64,000 nt of DNA, taken from a bacterium. Its GTDB lineage: Bacteria > Patescibacteriota > Minisyncoccia > Phycocordibacterales > UBA2100. Shown here in pieces: positions 46,260-53,905 of this stretch. Location of the stretch: contig JAUSGQ010000015.1 in assembly GCA_030674455.1 (NCBI GenBank), forward strand, positions 5,574-69,573. The letters run 5' to 3'. The notes beneath the pieces are model-generated. The model did no database searches and was not told the origin of the DNA. It saw only the letters and a list, made by a program, of their open reading frames with translations. Every line of letters starts with the position of its first letter. Within the stretch, counting starts at the first letter, position 1. The position numbers and the translations under genes are program-made.

Positions 46260-47355
46260 GATTGCGCAAAAAGTGATCCATGATGACGAGTGCTGACATC
46301 GCGTCTACTATCGGAACTGCGCGCGGAAGAACACACGGGTCGTGGCGGCCGGAGGCCTCAAGCTTCGTCGCTTCGCCTCCTATTTTCACCGTTTCTTGTT
46401 CCTTGCGTATCGTTGAAACCGGCTTGAAAACAACGCGGAAGTGAATTGTTTCTCCGTTCGAAATCCCGCCTATGGTGCCGCCGGCGTTGTTCGTTTTTGT
46501 GTGTATGTTGCCGTTTTTATCGGTGTAAAACGGGTCGTTGTGTTCGCTTCCGCGCATGCCGACGCTTCGAAAGCCGAGACCGATGTCGAATCCCTTAACC
46601 GCGTTGATTGAGAGCATGGCACGCCCTAGGTCTGAATTGAGTTTGTCGAACACAGGCTCGCCCAGACCGGCGGGTACGTTTCGGATGACACCCTGAATGA
46701 TGCCACCGATAGAATCGCCGTCTTTTCGCACCTCGTCAACAAGCTCGATCATCTTCTCGGCAACTTTTTGGTCGGGACAGCGGATGATATTTGATTCAAT
46801 GTCTTCCGCCTTCACCGCATTGAAATCCACTTCGGCCTTGATATCGCCCACCTGGGTCACGTAGCTCAATATTTCGACGCCGGAATGTTTTCCGCCGGAG
46901 GCGGATCCGCCTATGGCGGACAGATATTTCTGCGCGATAGCGCCAGCGGCAACGCGCGCGAGAGTTTCCCGCGCCGAAGCGCGGCCGGACCCCCTCCAAT
47001 CACGAGTCCCGTATTTCGCTTCGTAAGTGTAATCGGCATGCGATGGGCGATATAAATCTTTGAGAGCCAGATAATCCTCCGGCTTCGCGTCTTCGTTGAG
47101 TACCATCATGAGAATCGGCGTACCCGTCGTCTTCCCCTCAAAGTAACCAGAAAGAATGTGAATTTTGTCGGACTCTTTTCTCGGAGTCGTTATTTTACTT
47201 TGCCCCGGTCGCCGTCTATCAAGCGCCACCTGGATTTCCTCTTCCGTGATTTCAATACCCGGCGGGCATCCGTCTACCACAACGCCCACAGCCCCGCCGT
47301 GCGACTCGCCGAATGTCGTTATGCGAAAAAGTTGTCCGAATGAATTTCCTGCCAT
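46243..47355 (-). CDS. aroC: Chorismate synthase
   Basis: [29 protein letters not shown]. Confidence 0.97.
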   Translation of the reverse strand: MAGNSFGQLFRITTFGESHGGAVGVVVDGCPPGIEITEEEIQVALDRRRPGQSKITTPRKESDKIHILSGYFEGKTTGTPILMMVLNEDAKPEDYLALKDLYRPSHADYTYEAKYGTRDWRGSGRASARETLARVAAGAIAQKYLSAIGGSASGGKHSGVEILSYVTQVGDIKAEVDFNAVKAEDIESNIIRCPDQKVAEKMIELVDEVRKDGDSIGGIIQGVIRNVPAGLGEPVFDKLNSDLGRAMLSINAVKGFDIGLGFRSVGMRGSEHNDPFYTDKNGNIHTKTNNAGGTIGGISNGETIHFRVVFKPVSTIRKEQETVKIGGEATKLEASGRHDPCVLPRAVPIVDAMSALVIMDHFLRNRAQNG

Positions 47356-47526
47356 GTTAGATTTTGTTACGAGTAATTACGAGTTAGAAAATCTTACACC
47401 CAGCACCTTTCACGCTCATTCTACCATTTAATCGGCGAGTGACATCTGTTGTTTGTGGTTTACAAATGTAACTAATTCCACATTAAAGGTGCTGGGTTAT
47501 AGAAAATGTAGTCACTTCGTTTCTTA
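47353..47526 (-). repeat. Family F copy 2 (74-nt loop)
   Basis: Arms 47398-47410 and 47485-47497; tail ends at the aroC ATG. Confidence 0.85.
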
Positions 47527-47543
47527 TTTTCTTATAATAACCC

Positions 47544-49391
47544 TTATTTTTCTACAATACCGCGTCTTTCTAATCGCTCGAGCACTTCCTCTGTTTTCTG
47601 CTCCAGCGTCAGATTGGTGTCCATAACAATCTCATCTGCTGCAGCCTCATAGAGCTTTTTGCGCTCGGCGAGAACCGTCTCAATCTCTTCGCGCGTGCTT
47701 GCTGCATTCGTAAGAGCCGGCCTTCCGGGGTCGTGCTCAATTCGCTCCGCCAGGATATCCGCCGGCGCATTCAGGAAGATGAGAATGCCGTTCTCCTTCA
47801 AAACAGCGACATTTTCCGGACGCTCTATCACGCCTCCGCCGGTGGAAATGATAGTGTCTTTCTGCTTGCCAACTTCCGATACAATCTCTGATTCCCGGTC
47901 CCTGAAATATTCCCAACCGCGCTTCTGCACTGTCTCCGCTATCTTCATCCCCTCGCGCTCTTCTATTAGGTCGTCTATATCTATGAGCTCTTTATTGAGT
48001 TTCTGCGCAAGCAAGCGCCCCACCGTGGTCTTGCCGCCGCCGCGCATACCGATAAGAATGATGTTCGGATGCTCGTAGCTGATGGAGAATGGGGCGCCGG
48101 CGAGCGCAAGCGATTTCCAAAAACGCGGGAAGGTCTTCGTGACGACATCAGGATCTACGATCTCCATGCCGGGCAATTTTGCGGCGGCAACCGCGAACGC
48201 CATCGCCATGCGGTGGTCGCCGTACGTGTCTATGCGGGCTGGCTTTGGTTTGCCGCCGTACACGGTGAGCGTGTCCTGCGTCGATTCGGCACGTATACCC
48301 ATCTTCTTGAGCTCTGTTTCGATGGCGGCGACGCGTTCGGTTTCTTTGACGCGGAGCGACTGCACGCCTCTTATGGTCGTTGTTCCATCCGCAAACGCAG
48401 CGAGCACAGAAAGAGTCTGCGCCTGATCGGGACAGTCTTGCATGTCAACGGAAACTGCTTTCACGCCTTTGCCCGTAATGGTTATTGAGTGCTCTCCATA
48501 GGTGACTTCGTTCCCCATATCCTCAAGGATTTTCAAGAAGCGAATGTCGGCTTGATAGGTTTTCGGATTGAGATTGGTGAGCGTCAGGGTTGAACGTGTC
48601 AAAGCTGCAATGGCGAAGAAGTAGGCGGCGCTCGAAAAATCACCCTCTACCGTATGTTCAGTAGCGCGATACGCCTGTCCGGCAGGCACGAAGTAGTGCT
48701 TGTAACCATCGTTCTCTACCGATACGCCGAACGAGCGCATGGCGTCGATTGTCATATCGATATACGGCTTGGATATCTGATTACCCACTATGTCAATGCG
48801 AAGCTCGCCGATCAAGGGCGCGATCATAAGAATGGCCGAAAGAAATTGGCTCGAGACCGTGCCTTTTATCTTCACAACTCCGGACTCAAGATGCGAAGAA
48901 AGAACCTTGACCGGCGGATAGCCGTGCTTGTCTACATATTCTATGCGCGCGCCGAGCTGCTCGAGGGATTCCACGAGATGTGCGATCGGACGCTCGTTGA
49001 GGCGGCCGCGGCCGCGTATGATTTTGATACCCGGAACAATCGCGGAAAGCGCGAGAACAAAACGGATAGCTGTTCCAGAGAGATTGGCGTTGAGATGGTA
49101 CTCGCCTTCTCGTATCGCGCTTATGTCGGAAGTAACTATTAGAGAACCGGGCTGCCGCGCGATGTCTTCCGGAGCAAGCATGTCATCCTTAAAAGCGAAG
49201 TGTATCCCCAATTCCCGCAAGCACGCTATCATCGCGTGCGTATCGTCTGAAACGAGCGGGTTGTTGATGGTGACTGTGCCTTTTGTGAGAGCGGCGAGAA
49301 GAAGTGCCCTGTTGGTATAGCTTTTCGAACCCGGAATGGCGATGGTCGCAGTCACCGGCTTATTGAACGGGGTTATCCGGACGGTTTTCAT
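47544..49391 (-). CDS. aroA: Fused EPSP synthase + shikimate kinase (AroA-AroK)
   Basis: PGSKSYTNR, SSQF, KETER, DHRMAM, then GMRGGGKTT, FRDRE, STGGG. Confidence 0.93.
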   Translation of the reverse strand: MKTVRITPFNKPVTATIAIPGSKSYTNRALLLAALTKGTVTINNPLVSDDTHAMIACLRELGIHFAFKDDMLAPEDIARQPGSLIVTSDISAIREGEYHLNANLSGTAIRFVLALSAIVPGIKIIRGRGRLNERPIAHLVESLEQLGARIEYVDKHGYPPVKVLSSHLESGVVKIKGTVSSQFLSAILMIAPLIGELRIDIVGNQISKPYIDMTIDAMRSFGVSVENDGYKHYFVPAGQAYRATEHTVEGDFSSAAYFFAIAALTRSTLTLTNLNPKTYQADIRFLKILEDMGNEVTYGEHSITITGKGVKAVSVDMQDCPDQAQTLSVLAAFADGTTTIRGVQSLRVKETERVAAIETELKKMGIRAESTQDTLTVYGGKPKPARIDTYGDHRMAMAFAVAAAKLPGMEIVDPDVVTKTFPRFWKSLALAGAPFSISYEHPNIILIGMRGGGKTTVGRLLAQKLNKELIDIDDLIEEREGMKIAETVQKRGWEYFRDRESEIVSEVGKQKDTIISTGGGVIERPENVAVLKENGILIFLNAPADILAERIEHDPGRPALTNAASTREEIETVLAERKKLYEAAADEIVMDTNLTLEQKTEEVLERLERRGIVEK

Positions 49392-49618
49392 CCCGTTAGA
49401 AGCCCGCCTGCCATCGCCTGAAGCCGCGATAGTAAGATGGCTTGGTTAGTTAATAAATACATAGCATTCATTTCTATCATTGATTCCCCCGCTCTGGCTT
49501 TGGCGGGCAGGTAGGAAGCTCACGCTTCCGACTCGGAAGTTATTGCTTGTAAGCATACGACCAATGTTAAACATATAGAGAATGTACCACATGTGAACTT
49601 CCGCGACTTCTAACGGGA
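49391..49618. repeat. Intergenic segment bounded by TCCCGTTAGAAG / CTTCTAACGGGA inverted ends
   Basis: Fills the whole trpD-aroA gap; a related half-site TCTAACGGGA at 2409-2418. Confidence 0.65.
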
Positions 49619-49619
49619 T

Positions 49620-50630
49620 TCATACGGAATTGCTCTCTTTTATGAGGCGCTCAAGCGCTTCTCGGGCAGTGCCGGAATCCAATGAACGCTCCGCAAGTTC
49701 GATTCCCTCTTTCGGCGTCTTTGCTATACCAGCGACGTAAAGGCCGAGCGCGGCGTTCAGAACCACAATGTCGCGCTTCGGCCCTTTCTCACCGTTCAAA
49801 ATTGCGCGAATCATCGCAGCATTTTCTTCAGGTCCGCCGCTTTGAAGCTCCAAAATGGATGCCTTTTTAAATCCAAGCTTTGCCGGATCAATCGCGTACT
49901 TTTTTACATGCCGTTCGGTAATCTCAAAAACGTGCGTCGGGGCGCTGATGCTGACCTCATCCATGCCGTCCTCGCTCGTCACTATGAGCAAATGTTTGTA
50001 TTCGAGCTCGCGCGCCACCTCGGCCAACTTTTCCGCAAGTGCAAGATTCGGCACGCCGACAAGCTGCCGCTTGGTGCTCGCCGGATTTGAGAACGGCCCT
50101 AAAACATTGAAAATCGTGCGAATTTTGAGTTCCTTGCGCACCAAAACAACTTGCTTCATTGATGGATGGTAGAGGGGCGCGAACAAAAAGACCATGCCTA
50201 CATTTCTAAATACGTCTTCCGCCTGTGTAGGCGTAAGTACTATTCGCACGCCGAGAGCTTCAAGTACATCGGCACTCCCGCATTTACTGCTCGCCGCGCG
50301 ATTCCCGTGCTTCGCAATTTTCGCACCCGCACCGCAGGCAACGAATGCGGCGGCCGTTGAAATATTAAATGTGCCGGTCCCGTCGCCACCCGTGCCGACG
50401 ACATCAATCGCATCCTTTGCGCGCACCGTAAGCATTTTCTCGCGCATGCCCTCTATCAATCCTTTCACTTCGGCAACGCTTTCCCCTTTCATGCGGAATG
50501 CAGTCAAGATTGCTCCCGTTTGCACGGGGGAAATCACTCCTTCCATCACATCAAGAAGAAACTGCCTCGCATCGGCAGATGTGAGATCCTTCTTTTCAAC
50601 CAGTGTGTTCAAGATTTCTGTAGCATTCAT
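49620..50630 (-). CDS. trpD: Anthranilate phosphoribosyltransferase
   Basis: GTGGDG, NISTA, KHGNRAASSKCGSADVL. Confidence 0.96.
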   Translation of the reverse strand: MNATEILNTLVEKKDLTSADARQFLLDVMEGVISPVQTGAILTAFRMKGESVAEVKGLIEGMREKMLTVRAKDAIDVVGTGGDGTGTFNISTAAAFVACGAGAKIAKHGNRAASSKCGSADVLEALGVRIVLTPTQAEDVFRNVGMVFLFAPLYHPSMKQVVLVRKELKIRTIFNVLGPFSNPASTKRQLVGVPNLALAEKLAEVARELEYKHLLIVTSEDGMDEVSISAPTHVFEITERHVKKYAIDPAKLGFKKASILELQSGGPEENAAMIRAILNGEKGPKRDIVVLNAALGLYVAGIAKTPKEGIELAERSLDSGTAREALERLIKESNSV

Positions 50631-50647
50631 ACGTAGAGTCTATCCTA

Positions 50648-51244
50648 TTATCGCGCAATGAAATTCGCGAGCAATTGTTTTCCGCCTTCCGTCGCAAACG
50701 ACTCAGGATGGAATTGGATTCCTTCTATCGGATATTCCAAATGCCGCAAGCCCATGATCTCTCCAGTATCCAGCGATGTCGCGGTTACCGCAAGACATGA
50801 GGGCAACGTGGCTCTTTCAGCGATAAGCGAATGATAACGCATCACCTCCAATTTTTGTGGCAAACCCTTGAACACGCCCTTGCCGTCATGTTCGATAATA
50901 CTGGTTTTTCCATGCATCGGTTTTTGTGCGCGCACAACACCTCCGCCAAAGCAGTATGCTATTCCCTGCATTCCAAGGCACACGCCGAGAACCGGAGTGG
51001 TCTTCCCTATTTTTGTAATGACATCCGCGCATACGCCGAAATATTTTGGGTCGCGCGGGTCTCCGGGGCCGGGAGAAATAATTATTTTGTCGTACTTCCG
51101 TTTTTCTATTTCCGCGAGCGTTATTTCGTCGTTCCGCACGACATCCAATGTGAACTTCTCTCCGTTCTCGGAAAGTATCTCTCCCACGTACTGGTAGAGA
51201 TTGAATGTGAACGAATCGTAATTATCTATTATTAGGACTTTCAT
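50648..51244 (-). CDS. trpG: Anthranilate synthase glutamine amidotransferase subunit
   Basis: IDNYDSFT, SPGPG, GVCLG, RYHSL, QFHPES. Confidence 0.94.
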   Translation of the reverse strand: MKVLIIDNYDSFTFNLYQYVGEILSENGEKFTLDVVRNDEITLAEIEKRKYDKIIISPGPGDPRDPKYFGVCADVITKIGKTTPVLGVCLGMQGIAYCFGGGVVRAQKPMHGKTSIIEHDGKGVFKGLPQKLEVMRYHSLIAERATLPSCLAVTATSLDTGEIMGLRHLEYPIEGIQFHPESFATEGGKQLLANFIAR

Positions 51245-52608
51245 ACTTTTTTTGCGGAAACGCCAAGCACCTCTTTCATCGCGGCGGATTTGTTTTGAAT
51301 CTCCTCGTACTCTTTTTTCGGAACGGAGTCGTATACGATGCCTCCGCATGTTTGAGTATACGCATCTTCGCCGGTAATGAAAACCGAGCGCAGGGCGAGC
51401 GCGAATGTGCAGTCGCCGTTGAACCCAAAATGCCCAACTCCTCCGCCATACGGTCCGCGCGCCTCTTTTTCGTTAGCATCTATAATTTTTATGGTCTCTA
51501 TCTTCGGCGTCCCGCACACCGTTCCCATCGGAAATTGGCTCGCAAAACCGGAAAACATGTCTTCCTCGGGGCGAATCGTGCCAACAACCTCGCTCGAAAT
51601 GTGCTGTACATGGCTGAACTTCTTAACGGTCATAAGGTCGCGGATTTTCACCGTGCCGAATTTGGCCACTTTTCCGAGGTCATTTCTGTGCAGGTCCACG
51701 AGCATGTTGTGCTCGGCGCGCTCTTTTTCGTCGTTCACAAGTTCGCGCGCGAGCTTCTGGTCTTCCTTCTCATCGGCGCCTCGACGGATCGTTCCCGCGA
51801 GCGGCCGCGTCGTCATTTCCCCATCGCGCAATGAGAACAATAATTCCGGACTCGCGCCGATAATTCTTTTTCCTTGGAATTTGAGGTAGTACATGAACGG
51901 CGACGGGTTTATTTCTCTCAATCGTTCATAGATTTTCACCGTATCGCCTTTAATCTTGTATTTCGTCTTGAATCCGACTTCGCACTGAAATGTTTTCCCT
52001 TCTCTGATTTTCTCCTTCACATCCTCCACGATTTTCGCGTGTTCAGTTTCCGAAAGTCCTTCGTCGACGCACTGCGCACTGAAAGGCTCCGCGCTGATTT
52101 CGGAAGCAATTATTTCCTTCAGTATCGCGCTTCTATCAGTTTCGTAATAAAAATATGTCAGTTCATCGGTCTGCTTGTCCATTATTAATCCGTCCGTATA
52201 GGCCCCAAAAAGGAACTGGTCGAACGTGTCGTGCACTTTGACGTGGAGAGAGGGTTCCATAAGATTAATCGCCTCATAGCTTAAGTATCCGACGAGCCCT
52301 CCGTCGTAATTTCTCCCGATAGTGCGCGCGGGCATGGTATCGCGCAGGGCGTAGTATGGATTCGCAACGGAATAATCTTTTCCATCAACGGTCAAAGTTT
52401 TTTCCCTGCCGCTAATCAGATGTGCAGGCTCAAAACCCAATATTGAGTAGCGGGCGAATTTTCCTTCGTCTCCCAATGATTCAAAAATAAAACAGGTATC
52501 AAATCGCCGTTCGATTTTCCTGAACAATTCGAAGAAGTCCACTCCGTCCGCAAGTTTGACGTATGTCGGTTTCTGCGAAATCTTGATTTTTGGAATTTCT
52601 TTTGTCAT
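51241..52608 (-). CDS. trpE: Anthranilate synthase component I
   Basis: NPSPFM, PLAGT, AEHNMLVDL, RGPYGG; trpEGD context. Confidence 0.92.
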   Translation of the reverse strand: MTKEIPKIKISQKPTYVKLADGVDFFELFRKIERRFDTCFIFESLGDEGKFARYSILGFEPAHLISGREKTLTVDGKDYSVANPYYALRDTMPARTIGRNYDGGLVGYLSYEAINLMEPSLHVKVHDTFDQFLFGAYTDGLIMDKQTDELTYFYYETDRSAILKEIIASEISAEPFSAQCVDEGLSETEHAKIVEDVKEKIREGKTFQCEVGFKTKYKIKGDTVKIYERLREINPSPFMYYLKFQGKRIIGASPELLFSLRDGEMTTRPLAGTIRRGADEKEDQKLARELVNDEKERAEHNMLVDLHRNDLGKVAKFGTVKIRDLMTVKKFSHVQHISSEVVGTIRPEEDMFSGFASQFPMGTVCGTPKIETIKIIDANEKEARGPYGGGVGHFGFNGDCTFALALRSVFITGEDAYTQTCGGIVYDSVPKKEYEEIQNKSAAMKEVLGVSAKKV

Positions 52609-52718
52609 GTTAGTTTTTCTTAACGAGTTTACGAGTTTAGAAACAGCTTACACCCAGCACCTTTGTTTCAGTAAGAAACGAAGGTGCTGGGTTAGGAATA
52701 TGTAATTCGCTTCGCTCA
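52606..52718 (-). repeat. Family F copy 3
   Basis: Hairpin nearly identical to copy 1; tail ends at the trpE ATG. Confidence 0.87.
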
Positions 52719-52730
52719 TAACACTTCCTA

Positions 52731-52986
52731 AAAATAAAAACCGCCCTCACCGCACAAGTATACCTTGTGCTGTAAGGGCGGATTTCCGCGGTACCACCTT
52801 ATTTCGGATAGTTTACAGTTGACAGTGAACAGTCTACAGAAACATCCATCTCATCCCGATGCGGGATTGCTCTGTTACGGGAGAACCCGGACCCGCACAC
52901 GCCTTTCGATAAACTCAGGACAAGCACGAGTCGCTGTTGTCATTTCCGAGCCCAATCTCTTGCTTTTACAAGAGACCCGGACAGCG
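52731..52986 (-). promoter_or_regulatory. T-box riboswitch (probably Trp-specific) upstream of trpEGD
   Basis: AATAAGGTGGTACCGCGG T-box (52786-52803), terminator with T tract, CCGTAAC stem IIA/B-like motif, TGG at 52952-52954, extended -10 at 53000-53008. Confidence 0.85.
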
Positions 52987-53008
52987 TTAACTATTGGTAA
53001 TTATACCA

Positions 53009-53893
53009 CTAATCTTCTACCTGTCGAGACGCAGATATTTTCATCACCAGGAAAAACGAAGGCAACCGGCATAATCCGTATCGGCTAAATACATACCTCT
53101 CACTGCGTATTATTCTTTGTAATGAAATACTCTTATTCTGTACGCTGGCAATTTGCATTAAAGCCCGGAAAACAAGTTCTATATCTTCGCACGCGTCTTT
53201 GCCCTTTGTAAGAAAATTGAGATGTTTCCTATCAGCTGCAGGAACTCCAAAAGGATATGCGGGAAATTTCCCTTCCAAAATAATTTCTCCGTTTGGTTTG
53301 GTGATACGAACTGCCTCTTCGAATGTCTTTTCCTGATCTGTATCGAAGTCTAGGAAATACGACAGAAATGCCAGATCAAAATGATTTGTCGGGAAGCCTA
53401 GGTGTTCTATCCTTCCCGTATATCCGTGGAAACCATTCGCGCGAATTATCGCGGTACTTGCCGGACTTATGTCTGTACCATGTAATTGACGGCTGTTAAC
53501 GCCAAACTGGTGGTGTAAAAAACGGAGGAGTTCGTTGCTTCCCGCTCCAATATCGATAATTTGTAAATCATTGAGTTTAGGCGCCGCAATGCCGGTTATT
53601 TTATTAAATTGCTCCGGGAAAAGGAGTGCATTCAAATACATATAGTTTGGTCGGTTGCCCTGGTATTCGATATCGTAGATAGAGGCAATAACCTGTTCCG
53701 AACCGGAACTCATCTTATAGGCATGTTTCGCGAGCCTTTGCACTGCATAAAGCCCCGCCATGCGCTTTAATGCCTCGAATCTAAATGCCCAAAGCGGGCG
53801 GCAAAAAAGTCCTGATAGACCGGACAGGGTTTTGATGTGCACGTATTTCGCGCCAAACGAATTTGCGAAGCGAAGTAGTTTGCCGTCTTGCAT
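53009..53893 (-). CDS. Class I SAM-dependent methyltransferase
   Basis: IIDIGAG, GTDIS, FDLAF, RITKPNG. Confidence 0.8.
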   Translation of the reverse strand: MQDGKLLRFANSFGAKYVHIKTLSGLSGLFCRPLWAFRFEALKRMAGLYAVQRLAKHAYKMSSGSEQVIASIYDIEYQGNRPNYMYLNALLFPEQFNKITGIAAPKLNDLQIIDIGAGSNELLRFLHHQFGVNSRQLHGTDISPASTAIIRANGFHGYTGRIEHLGFPTNHFDLAFLSYFLDFDTDQEKTFEEAVRITKPNGEIILEGKFPAYPFGVPAADRKHLNFLTKGKDACEDIELVFRALMQIASVQNKSISLQRIIRSERYVFSRYGLCRLPSFFLVMKISASRQVED

Positions 53894-53905
53894 ACATTTC
53901 AGCTA

